From contig NC_058131.1 in NCBI RefSeq assembly GCF_016433145.1, positions 77,197,454-77,261,453 of the forward strand: a stretch of 64,000 nt of DNA. The letters run 5' to 3'. Each line of letters starts with the position of its first letter. The first letter of the stretch is position 1. Below the pieces are notes generated by a model. It worked only from the letters and a program-made list of their open reading frames with translations, was not told the DNA's origin and did not search any database. Source of the DNA: Gracilinanus agilis. Lineage: Eukaryota. Shown here in pieces: positions 12,970 to 24,870 of this stretch. Both the position numbers and the translations under genes were made by a program.

Positions 12970-13519
12970 AGTTCATTATATTTAGTTGATTAATGGGCTT
13001 ACTGAAGGCATGAGAAAATAATCACTTGTGAACTGTGTTGAATAACATCCAATTCTTTTGTTTGCTTGCAGGAGATATGACTTAGGAACTAAGAAAATTT
13101 TCTAGAACTCCTGGGCTCTTCTGTTTAGGTACTAGGGAAGAGAATAAGGAAATAGGAATAGAAGTGCAGCTGAGTAGTTAATGTATTTTGTATAAATCTA
13201 TATTAATTCTATGCCAAGACTAATTAATCAGTCAGTAAATCAACAAGCATTTAAAAGATTACTATGTTCCACATTCTCTACTCAGCACTGAGGATATAAA
13301 AGGGAGAAATATTTCAGTTTTCAAGGAGTTAATAATTGGGGAGTTAATATGTAAACAACTATGTACATACAATATATGTGGATGATAAATTTTAGGTATA
13401 GAGAAGAGCCTAAGAATAGGAGACTGGGGACCTATTCAGTGTTGACTATGTTATAGGGACTAGGGATACAAATACAAAATTAAGTCAGTTACTGACCTCA
13501 AGGAGCTTATATTCTATTT

Positions 13520-15530
13520 GGACATCTAACCAATGAGAGCTTAATTCTTGGAGCATGTGCAGTGTATTTTGCCTGGTATCAAACCACATGGAGTCTTGGG
13601 GACCCTACTTCTGGAAACTCTTATGGGGAAAGACTTAAATATTATATGTGGGTTCAGAAGAGTGTGTAGGAGACAGGAATGACAAAAGATGGGGACTTAA
13701 CAAGTTAGGGAGAATGGGTTTACTGTTAAAGAAAAAGACTGTTGACAGAAGTGGCAGTTAGGCCTAACTGTCACCCTGCTTCTCCTAGACAAGGGATAAA
13801 CTCAGAATATAATAAATACACACTATAGAAACTTCAAGGTATGAAGAAAACACACACAGGTAAACAGTGTAATTGTTTTTTTGAGACGATAGGAGATGGG
13901 TGAGGTGAAACTATATCTAACTGCCCAGGACTGGAGTCAAAAGGGGAAAGTTCCTTAGTGTTCCCTATCCCACCTTTATTTAGTTAAACATAATTAAAGC
14001 TGTTAAAACTTTATACCTTGCCTGCTGGTTTCAAAGACTCTGGCCTAGTGGTGAGCTGGGTGACAGTTGGCCAACAGCCATTCTTGACAGTTAACAGCAG
14101 CCTAGCTGTGTACTCTGGTCTCCCTATCCTGGTTAGTCCTGTCTCTCCTTCAACCCAGTGTCTGTACCCACAAACCATTAGGACACATTTACATCCCTGG
14201 TGCCCCACATCTCTTTTTATAGTTTGTCACTCCCATATGGGTGGGTGAGAGAGACAGACAGGAAGTGTACTCTTGAGCTGCTAGAAACACACAGGAAGCT
14301 GAGGGGATCCAGACATTCTGAGAGGGAGCTCAGCCATTGGGTGTGAGCTGAAAGTTCTCAACCAGTGGTGAGCTGCTCAGAGCTGTTCAGCCCCCACCCC
14401 AGGTCATTCATAAAATCTCAGTGGGTAGGCAAAATACTATTAGACCTGGACTAGCCCCAGAGAAAGGGATTTGTACCAATTTTTTTATGTTTTGTTCTCT
14501 GTTGTTTGTACTTGATTGTAATTGTACTTGTGATTGTTTTATTAATTGTTATTAGTCAGGAATTTTGGCTAATAATAACACTGATTTTCTGTACGGCTGA
14601 TCAATTTGGGCAATGATGGGAACAATGTTATTTGAAGATTGGATTGATTATGTTCTCTTGACACTGTGGCAATCAGTTTTGTCTCTCCCTTACCTGTGGT
14701 TCAAAATCATACCCAGGTATTTTAGGGGGATGATAGATGTTGAAATAGCACAACCTATTTTAACCATTAATATCCTGGATTTGTTTTCTCATATGCCAAT
14801 TCTGATCCTTACTGATTATTTTGTGTATAAGTTGAAGTGGATGTTCTTCCATATTATGTATTGTTTTAAGATCATAGTGACCACCAGGTTTGAGGGATTC
14901 TGAAACTAAGCAGATGTTAAGATTATTGCAGATCAAACTAGATAATTTGGAATTATACATACAGAATGGTGGTGTTTCAGGCAGGTTTGAAAGCTTGGCT
15001 AAGGACATGAGGAAGAGGGCTTGGATTTGGGGCCTCACAACTGTTCCAGAGATGTCTTCAGGATACCAGGAACCAACTCCTCCACAGCCAATGATCCAAA
15101 GTAACAAGTTAGGGAGAGATTGTCTGCAGACCATCCACCAAAACACAGGCCTCTTCCCTACTCAGAGTTGACTTGCAGGATGATGTCTTTAGCCTTTGCA
15201 ACCTTCACCACTCTCCAAGATCCCAGGTCAAATAGGGACTGTTGATTGCACTTCTGCTCCAAACCCCTCACAAAACAGCAATGTCTGTTGCTTAGCTCTC
15301 TCCTCCCTGCCCCCTGCACTCTATATAGAATGTCCATGACTGCCAGCCAAGGCTTTCCCTAATCTACCTGCAAAAATCTGCCTTTATACCTTTAAAGCCT
15401 ATACCCATTACAAAATGCATAATGGAGAGTCTTGGTCTCTACTTCATATTTTCAAAGGTGTTCTATGACTTCTTCCTTTCAGTTGCCTTTCTTTCTATTA
15501 ACTTGTCATATCTAGAGACTAATTTTTACC
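13520..15530. mobile_element. Cluster of LTR/ERV-like fragments
   Basis: GC-balanced non-coding sequence with U3/R-like composition and a T-rich tail ending ...gggaaca at about 14620. Family and boundaries are uncertain. Confidence 0.35.
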
Positions 15531-16199
15531 AGGAACCAAAAAGATCTCTGTGGGAAAAAAGATAAATTGCACAAAATAGAGACCCAGATAGAAAATTTAT
15601 AAATTACTTACTCTGTGTCAGGCACCATGCTAAGTCCTAATGCTGCAAATATAAGCAAGCAAGACTGCCTCTTACATGAAGAAGTTGTAAAGTAATATGG
15701 GGAGACAACAGATGAAGAGAAGCTGAGATGGATAAGTATGATGAGTAGAGTAGAGGCAGGATGCTGAGGAGATGGCCAGAAAATATTCCATAGAGACCTG
15801 GTTTGGGGCAAGATAAGGTAGCAAATTACAGTCCAACTCACCCACCATTCTTTTGTTTTTCCTTTCACACATAAAAGTATAGACAGACTCTTATCAACAA
15901 TAAGAACTTGGAAAAGTAGGGTGGGGCTAGATTATCTGAGTTTTTAATTCCCAATTTGTGAAATTGGATTTGATCTGGGGATAGGTACAGAGGAATAGAT
16001 CAGAGGGAGAAGAGACAAAGGTTATAGAAACCAACAGAGAAACTGTTGCAAGAGTCTATTTGGCATGGCATGAGATTCTATACAGAAGAATAGCCGATGG
16101 AATGAAGATCAGAAAATACGATATTGTTACAAGAGTCATTTAGAAGCCTTAAGAGATCTAATGTATAATATATAATAACTTTATACTTGTATCTTTTTC

Positions 16200-16560
16200 T
16201 TTGGGTGCCTTGCTTTGACTAAGTGCTTTCCCACAGAGTAAGCAATTAAAAAGATTACTGAATTGAAATGGGCAGATTTATGAGACTCAGGATGGGTCTT
16301 AGTAACTGCTGTGCTATCATGAGATGGGGAGGACAGTATAATTTCTTCCACTATAGCACTAATGAGGCCCATTGGAAGTTTTACTCCCTCTACCAAAGGT
16401 TCCTCTGTTTAAGCAGAAAATAATCACCCAGGGCACCTTTATACAATCCAATTAAATGAACTCAAAGGAAAAATGTTTGGTTTCTCTGAGTGATTGTGCC
16501 TAAGAGTTTAGCCCAGCAGTGCTTCTACACTAACACCCTTAACATTGCACAACATGAACT
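16200..16560. promoter_or_regulatory. Candidate OR enhancer (adjacent homeodomain and O/E sites)
   Basis: TAATGA-gg-CCCATTGGA at 16360-16376, TAATCA-CCCAGGG at 16421-16433 and CAATTA at about 16450, in a non-repeat island. Confidence 0.35.
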
Positions 16561-16659
16561 GTTATAACTACTGATACTTTAAAATAAACTGCATGATATG
16601 TATATATGGATATAAAACAACTTATTCTTTCTGTTTCCAGTTTGTCCATTCACCTAAGG

Positions 16660-16662
<3 letters not shown>

Positions 16663-16702
<40 letters not shown>
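16663..16702. repeat. (TA)n microsatellite
   Basis: Direct. Confidence 0.98.
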
Positions 16703-16705
<3 letters not shown>

Positions 16706-17019
16706 CAATTAATACAGTCACAAAAGTACTTACTTTGTTCTGAAAGATACTTAGAATCTCAGAGTTTGAATGGACTTCAAAGATCACCTAGCTAGGGAAT
16801 CTTAGCCTCGTTTATGTCATGGATCCCTTTGGCAGTCTGCTGAAGCTTATGGATCCATTCTCTAGACAACATCTTTAAATGTACAATATAAAATACATAA
16901 GATGAAAACTGACTAAGTTGACATACCATTATATTTTTTGAAAGGTCAAAGACTCTAAGATCTGAATCTGATTTGTGTCTGAAGTTCAATCTTCTGTACA
17001 ATTTCTCTGACAACCCCTT

Positions 17020-17660
17020 ATCTCAACTAACACAGCAACTATCCTACTTCAGGACCTCACTACCTCTTGCTTGGACTGTTTCAATGCACTTCTGAATAGT
17101 CTTCTTGCCTCAAGACTCTCCTATCCTATATATACCATTACCAAAAATACTATTCCTGAAGCATAGTTCTGACCATGTCACATCCCTAATCTATAAACTG
17201 TTATTGCTCCCTATTACCCTTAGAATAAAGAATAAGCATGCTAGCATCACAATCCAGCTCCACCCTATCCTTTCCAGCTTCATTATACCTTACCTCAATC
17301 TAGATTGCTCACTTTGTGAAAGATCCTCTATCTCCCATATCTATCCCTTTGCTTAGTCTCTTCCTGAAGTCCAGAATATGCTCCAGTCTCACTTCTGTTT
17401 ATTACAATCCCTAATTTCCTTGAAGATCTTTTCTAACCCATCCAGCTTCTAGTGCCCTCTCCTAAAAAATTACATTGTTTTATTATGCATATTTTTCATC
17501 TACTTCAATATGTATATGTTGCATATACTGTCTCTCTGATATAAGTAGCCTTTTTCAGGGGAAGAGACTTTTATTTGCATCTTTGTGGCACTATTATTTG
17601 ACAAAGTGTCTGGTTCTCAGGAGTGCTCAATAAATGTTCATAGTTTGATTCAAATAGCCT
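17020..17660 (+). mobile_element. L2 3' fragment
   Basis: ttcctgaagcatagttctgaccatgtcac...ttagaataaag...aaagtgtctggttctcaggagtgctcaataaatgtt. Confidence 0.7.
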
Positions 17661-19869
17661 CTTCTTGAAGGCTCCTCAGGATCAGTGACTCAATTCTCTT
17701 GAGACAGTTCATTCTTCCTATGGAAAACTCCATTATCTAGAAAGCTTTACCACACAGCACACTGCCATCATTCTCTCAGCAACATCTAAGTCTTACTCCT
17801 AGATGTGGTCTTCTGAGCAGCACAGAACAATTCTAACACCCTACATAACCCCTCAGATACATGAAGACTTGTTCATACTATACTAAGTCTTCTCTCATCC
17901 TAGTTAAAAATTCTCAGTTCTTTAAAATGATACCAATGTAGCATCATTTCTTGTCCCCTTGACATCATCATTACCCTATTCTGGATGGACTGTGGTTTGC
18001 AAATGTCTTTCCTAAGATATGGCACTTAGAACTAAATACAATCCTTCCAGTGTGTCCTAACCAGGAATAAGCACATCTGGAATATTGCAACTCATGATAT
18101 GGAAAGCATGAAAAAGGGAATTGCTCCCAGGCAGCATGGCTGTTATGATAATATCCCCATCAGAGAGGGGTTTACCATGTTTTGCTATGCACAGTGAAAT
18201 TTGAAAACTGGCAGAAGTCAGGTGATTTGTTCTAGAAAGGTAGTTGCAAAAACTAAGATACTAGGACTTATATTTCCTCAATTTTCATTTAAGAAACCTT
18301 TTTTTTCAGCTTCACCTAGTTTGGCAATGCTTTTGTGGTTGGTGTCAAAGTGCCATCTGACACTTGATGTGCATTAAATAGCCCTTTCATTAAACAGTAT
18401 ATATAATGCTTTCCCTTCATGTTCAGTCACTCCAAATGACTCTTCCCAGGACTCTTGGAATGATCTTCCACTATCTGATTTTGCTTTTTCTGCTGTATTC
18501 ATTTTTGGATGTTCAAGACTTAGAGTATACAAAAACAAAAATTTTTAAAAATGAAGCAATTTTTAAAAATGAAACACCCAATACAAATATATCCCTGTAC
18601 CAAAAATAGTATTAAAATAAATAAAATACTGTTAGTTTAAATATCATTAATTAAAATACTAAAATACTATTAGTTAACACTAAAGAAATGGATATTTCCT
18701 GAACCAACAATCTGTGGCAGTGATTCTCAGCTTGGGTTCCTTTTGTATTTCCTGACCACCAGGGTAAGGGAGAAATGTTCCAGTGACCACCAGCTTTTGG
18801 CTTGCTCTGAAAAAGGCATCTGAGTGCATTTCCTACCTTTGATTCACATCCACTGTACATTCACTGAAGCTAGTTCTTGAGAAATTTGCATGAATAATAT
18901 GAAGTGGAAGTATAGTGTACGTTTCCCATACACAGGAGGTGTGCAGAGCTCAATCATTTATACAAACTCTCATTTTCCCATCAGCAGGAGCCCAGGTTTG
19001 TTCTTATAGACAGCAGCCAATCCAAAGTTCCCCGTGACAATCCCAGTACAATGAGTGTCATGTCCATCCTGTCCTCTCAAATAGCACACACAGAGGTCTC
19101 AGAGAACTGAACCTGCACACCAATTTATCCCAGCAACCAGAGCATTTCACAGATTATGTGACAACAGGGAAATGCAACCTGCTGCTATGCTACATTGCAA
19201 ATTTTTGTGTACTGGAGGCACAGAACAGATGTCCATAAATATGGATGCCATTCATGCAATGGACAGGAATAAGTCTCTATGGATAGAACCAATCCATAAC
19301 CCAATACCAACATGAGATCCCCAGGTTAATGACATGCTTGGTAAGGGGGTGTCCCTCTTTTACTAAACAAGGAGAGAGTCACTGGTTCTCTCCACTCCAG
19401 CAGTGTTTTTCTGGTGGCTCTCTGCTGGTGTTCTTTTGACTCTTTTTACATTGTGAGCCCCTTAGGGACAGGGAGCAGTTAGAAAAGTAAAATATAAATA
19501 CTGTCAAAAATAGTAATACTGTGCAAGATTGCATTTATATTTTTATTAAGTCAGCAGTATCCTAGTTAGATAGCTGCATCATGCTGTATTTCATGAACAC
19601 TCACTGATAGGTGAAATTAATTCTACATGCACTTCTTTTCCAATAAGATTGGAGAAGCAGTTCTTCGGTTTACTTTTAAGATCATATAAATATTAGATTT
19701 GTGGTAAATTCTTACAGATAAGCCTTTAGCAGGCAACAAGGCAGGGCCAGCAACACATGCAGGCTAGCGCCACAAAGTCTGTGCTATTGCTGGAGCACTC
19801 TGATCCTCTCCAGCTATGCCATGCTGTGAGCTATTCTCCCCTCAAACCTAGCTCCTCTCCAACCCCACC

Positions 19870-20187
19870 ACAGGAATCACCTTTACCACAGACTCAACAG
19901 GCTGCCATATGCACTGCACCCTCATGCAGCATGTGACCCTCCCACTTTACTCCACCTAGGGGAGGAAGCACTCCCATTGGCTGCTGAGCAGAGGGGCAGG
20001 TGATATCCTCAGGCATGTATGGAGAGAGGGAGGGGAGCAGCCCAATTGTACCTCCCTTTGGCTTTCTAGTAAAGATTTCTGGCAAACTCTGCTGCAGTGA
20101 CAGCATGCTGGATCCACAGTATGCATGTCCACAGAGAGGTCTCTGCATGCCATCTCAGGCACATGTGCCATAGATTCACCATCATAG
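19870..20187 (-). mobile_element. Non-autonomous hAT/Charlie DNA transposon (MITE; OposCharlie/hAT1-like)
   Basis: Minus strand begins ctatgatggtgaatctatggcacatgtgcctgagatggcatgcagagacctctctgtgg, a CpG-decayed form of the cagtgatggcgaacctatggcacgcgtgcc terminus. The adjacent gtctagga (20188-20195) fits the Charlie nTCTAGAn target. The other end is unclear. Confidence 0.7.
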
Positions 20188-20209
20188 GTCTAGGAAGTGA
20201 AATGTGGTT

Positions 20210-20640
20210 TTATGTGCTTCCAATTTTTCCCAAAGTTTCCTTACTGCCATTTTCACCTTATTATTCAGGCTGTAGATGAGAGGATTCAATATAGGTAGGA
20301 AGACAACATAAAACAGTGACAATCTTGTGCTTTTCTGGGGACTACAGGGACTTGGACCTCTTGTTAAGAGACATTATAGTCACAAAAAATAGAATGACAA
20401 CCAGGAAGTGAGAAGAATAAATGGAAAAGACTTTTCTGCCCCACACCTTGGAACAGAGTGAATCCAAAGGACAATGTTAATGACATGGACATAGGAGAAA
20501 GTGATGAACATGAAATGGAACAAAATCACTAACATACAAAAAAATCTGTGATACATTGATAACCTCTACCTGGGATGAGGACCCTGGGAGGACAGTGTTC
20601 CTGATTACAGCTCCAGAACAGAGGAGTAAGATCCCTCTTG
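20210..20640 (-). pseudogene. 3' half of an OR pseudogene, paralog of the 23935-24870 gene
   Basis: Reverse strand reads SQVEV...FITFSYVHVI...EKSF/IYSSHFLVVILFF...*...FYVVFLPILNPLIYSLNNKVKMAVRK with frameshifts and a stop. It is colinear by eye with 23935-24330. The left boundary is clear; the right boundary is approximate. Confidence 0.88.
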
Positions 20641-20699
20641 AGGGAACACGGAGATTAAGAACATTGAAAATTATAGCATTTCCAGGAAACCTATAATAT

Positions 20700-22900
20700 A
20701 GAGACTGGAGGAACGAAGAGGTCAAAGACCTCTAGAGAGTCGAAGAAATAACAATAGTAACAACAACAACAAATAATGAACCATGAGACATTGCCCAATG
20801 CACAGAGGAGGAAGAGTCTGACACACATAAAATTAATTAAGAAACTGGCTGCTAAATTTTTTTAAATGAGTAAGCAAAACAAAGAGAACCCAATCATAAA
20901 TAGCTACTTTGGAAATAAAAAAGATCAGGATTCAAATTCAGGGAAAGAATAATACATACATACATATATATACAAGGGTGATTTTTTTTAACTTTTAAGG
21001 AGATAGTAGGGTGAGGGATAAAAAAGTAAGAGAGGGACTCTTTGAAGGGCATGTAGATTAAGAAAAAAAGAGGGCAAGGGAATAAGATAAGGGTGGGAAT
21101 AATAGAGGTCATTTATATTAATAAATAAGAGGGTAAAATGAAGGATAAGGGAGAGACCATTAAGAGGGTAAATAGATTAAGAACAATAGGAGGGTAGAGG
21201 AGGAGATAAGGAAGAGAATCATATAAGGAAGGGTAAGATGATTTAGAACTAAATGGAGGGGTAAAGAAAATAAGGAAGGAACACTTTAAAGCAGCATGGA
21301 TTAGGGAGACAGTGGTCAGAAGAAAATTTTAATATGTGGGAAAAGATAATAAAAAGAAAGACAGAGAACAAAAAAATGGTCAGGAAAACTAGACTGGAAG
21401 GAAAAACAGAACTATAATTATGTTGAATGTGAATGGAATGACTTCACCCATTAAATGAAAATAGATAGCAGAATGGGTAAAAAACCAGAAACCTCTAAGG
21501 AATATGAACATGTATATGGTTTACTCCTTGACTATTCATCTATATATTGCTTGTTTTTCCTCTTTGTGTCATAAGACCTCCAATATGTATTCTCTTATGC
21601 TTGTTCTAACTCATTTTTGCTCCAGACAAGTTAATCTCTTTGTTTTTAAAATATAGCCAGCCTATTCCCAGAGTTGAATCTTTGATTATTATTCTTCCTC
21701 CTGGGGGGAGGTCCTTCTCACTTCTTTCTGTTTATTCAACTGTATCCATTCTTCAAGTTCCAGGTCAAAAAAGATTGGCCTGATGACTAGAGTCCACAAT
21801 GTCCTCACTACTAATCTCTGGCACATAGAATTGGAACAACTCATTTTGTATTTAGACCAAATGTATGATCAGTTTTTGTAAAGGTCCATGAAGTGCTAGA
21901 TCTACTTATCTATCTGTCTGTCTCTCTATATTAGCAGTCCTATTTGAAGATATCACATGTCTTTTAGCTATAATTTTTCCAAGAATAGTTATCAAGTAAA
22001 ATCTCCCTCCTTTCTTCCACTTTAACTTAATTTGTTAGTTTTAATTTTTTCACTCTTGTTTCTTTTTCTAAGAAGTATTTCCCCCTTTATTTTTTTATTA
22101 TATGATCTTCCATTTTTGTATTCTAAAAGTCTATTCTTTGAATCGTGGCCCTTATAGTTAGTTTTTCTTATGTTTCTGAATTCTTTATGGAATTAAAGCT
22201 TCTTGGTTATTTTGAGTATCTTCTTCTAAAGAGTTTCTATGTTATTGCCTTGTAAATCTGGCTTGCTTTTTTTGTTTGTCTTCTTTCTACCAATTCTTTT
22301 GCATGATACAGTTGATGTTATCCAATGGTACGAATTTGTCTATGTTAATGATTATACAGTGCATTATTAATATTTGTTTCCCTTCTCCCCACACATGCTT
22401 ATTGTTTTCTTTTTTCATTTGCCTTGAAATTTTCTTTCCTGAGTCCATGCTTTCCTATTATTCTGAGCATAATTACCACCAGGAACTCTGATTCAACTTC
22501 TAAATGCAAGATTATTACTCTCTCTCTCTCTCTCTCTAAGCACCAAATCCCTACAGTTTATACTTGTTGTAAGATTTTCATATCTCTTCATAACATTTTT
22601 ATTTTCTCCCATGGGTGCTTTCATTGATGGTAGATATTGCCCTCTCATCTCTGAAACAAGATTTTCTTCTTCTTTCTTTCTATTTAGATACCCCTTTTGC
22701 CTCTTTACCCATTTTTCTAAAGGTTTTCTTCCTGAGATACTACAAGAGCATTTTTCTCTTCATTATTAACCTTCACATAATTAGGACACATATTTCCCCT
22801 ATATTCTTCATCTCTTCTCCTCTTTTATGTACACTTCCATTCTGTAATTTTCCCCACAAAATATTTATTCGGATATAGACAAGGAGTTGAGTCCATGATG
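20700..22900. mobile_element. Rearranged L1: plus-strand ORF1 start and ORF2 endonuclease start, then minus-strand L1 pieces
   Basis: atgagtaagcaaaacaaagag at about 20867 resembles the marsupial L1 ORF1 start. ttgaatgtgaatggaatgacttcacccattaaatg at about 21424 encodes an LNVNGM.SPIK-type EN start. From about 21500 the sequence is antisense L1-like. Confidence 0.65.
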
Positions 22901-23934
22901 TTTCAAGCCTATTTCTTTACCATCACTTCTGTTTGATCTGTTTTCTCCCTGGTCTCCTTGTATGCATTTATAAAGAAATCTTAGAAAGAAAATATTGGGG
23001 TTATACCAAATATACTGTTAGACACTGCAATGTATTTGTTATAATGTTTTAACTACATGCTTTTTAATCCACTTAAAATAATTTTGCTGTAAATGATGTC
23101 CCTTTGGTAGACAATATGAAAGATATTTGCAAAAACAATTAACAAAAGCTGTTAATATTTTAAAAATAAGAAGAAAATAAATAGGATACTTTAAGAAAGT
23201 AGAAGGATTGAATGAACTGGTGGAAAAATATTTATTGAACGTTTACTATGTGCCAAACACTGTGCTAAGTACTAGGGATATAAAATGAAAAAGACAGAGC
23301 CTACTCTCATACTCTAATTGGAGGAGATGAAACATGAAACAAAGATTAGTTTCAGGATGAGTAGAAGAGCCTAGAAATCCTAAGGTTTTACTTAGTACCA
23401 GGACAGATGGCAAGGCCAAATATTTCCTTATCAGAATGCTAGGATCAGGATGGTAGAGAAATAGGGCAGATGGTAAGCAAGGAAGTCAGTGGCATAGAAA
23501 ATAGTTAGGTTACATCTCACCAGAAGGAAGAGAGCTGGTCACTCCCATCTCCCATCCAAACTTTTAAACAGTCATGCAGTCCTAATGAATTTTAGCGGGC
23601 CCAGGTTAGGAAATGAGGTTAGGGGAAAGTTCATGGCATGAAAGCCCCCAGAGATGGCAGGTTTTTTGATACCTAGACATTCCAGATTAGTTCTAAGTAG
23701 TCATGGGCTGAGGGAACAAGTGAGGGAGAAAAAAAGTGAAGAACACCCCATTGGTGGCCCATTTCCTGCCTCCTATCATTCCTAAGAGGGTCCTTGATGT
23801 GCCAGAAGTAGATAAGGAGAAGGTAGAATATGATTGGGTCCTGGCAAAAGAGGTGCTCCTGACCATTCTGAATGGCTCTTGGGTTGCCCAGACCTGAGAG
23901 GGGGAAAGGGAGATAATAGAAGTATCATATGGTT

Positions 23935-24870
23935 TTATGTATTTCTGCTTTTCCCCAAGACTTTTCTTAGGGCCATTTTTACCTCATTATTCCTCAGGCT
24001 GTAGATGAGAGGATTAAATATAGGTGTGAAGGCCACATAAAATATAGAAATTATTTTATCATACTTCGGGGAAGAGAGTGATTGAGGTCTAATATAGAGT
24101 GATAGTACAGTACCATAAAATATCATGACAACCAGAAGGTGGGAAGAACAAGTGGAAAAGGCTTTTCTGCGTCCCTGGGCAGATTGAATGTGCAGGACAA
24201 CATAAATAATGTGGATATATGAGAAGGTGATGAATGTAACAGGACTTAAGAGGGTAAAGATACAGAGGATATTCATAACCATCTCTACATGGGAAGTATC
24301 TGTACAGGAGAGGTGTAGCAGGGCAGGCATTTCACACATGAAATGATTGATGACATTTTCCCGGCAGAATAAAAGCTGGAATGTGGCAGCTGTGTCCACT
24401 GTGGATGCTATAAAGCCACCCAGCCAGCAGCCAGCTGCCAGCCCTCCACAGACTCTCCAGTTCATGATGATGGAGTACCTTAAGGGATCCCGGATGGCTA
24501 CATAGCGGTCATAGGCCATCACTGAGAGGATGTAGCACTCTGCAATGCCAAAAAAGAGGAACGTATAGAACTGTAGGGCACAACGGGAGAAAGAGATGGA
24601 CTTTCTCTCTGCCAAGAAGTGTCCCAGCATCTGTGGAATCACACAGGATGTGTAAGAGACTTCTAGAATGGACAGATGGGTGAGGAAGAAATACATGGGG
24701 GTGTGAAGGCACGAATCCACTAATATCAACAAGACAATGAGCAGGTTTGCCAGCAAGATCATCAGGTAGACCATGAGGAAGAAGAAGAAGAGGTACACCT
24801 GGAGCTCAGGTCTGCTGGAAAGGCCAAGCAGGATAAACTCAGTGACTGAAGTGAGGTTGCTGCTTTCCAT
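23935..24870 (-). CDS. Intact class II olfactory receptor (OR2/OR13-like clade), about 311 aa, starting at MESSNLT
   Basis: Motifs N-x-T (NLT), [45 protein letters not shown]. The ORF track extends to 24984, but a polypyrimidine-AG acceptor (ttttctttgtAG, minus strand, about 24884) lies just before the ATG at 24870. Confidence 0.95.
   Translation of the reverse strand: MESSNLTSVTEFILLGLSSRPELQVYLFFFFLMVYLMILLANLLIVLLILVDSCLHTPMYFFLTHLSILEVSYTSCVIPQMLGHFLAERKSISFSRCALQFYTFLFFGIAECYILSVMAYDRYVAIRDPLRYSIIMNWRVCGGLAAGCWLGGFIASTVDTAATFQLLFCRENVINHFMCEMPALLHLSCTDTSHVEMVMNILCIFTLLSPVTFITFSYIHIIYVVLHIQSAQGRRKAFSTCSSHLLVVMIFYGTVLSLYIRPQSLSSPKYDKIISIFYVAFTPIFNPLIYSLRNNEVKMALRKVLGKSRNT

Noticed and set aside
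14890-15171. 93-aa ORF with natural-looking composition
   Set aside because: Lies within LTR/ERV-like sequence with no recognisable domain or splice context.
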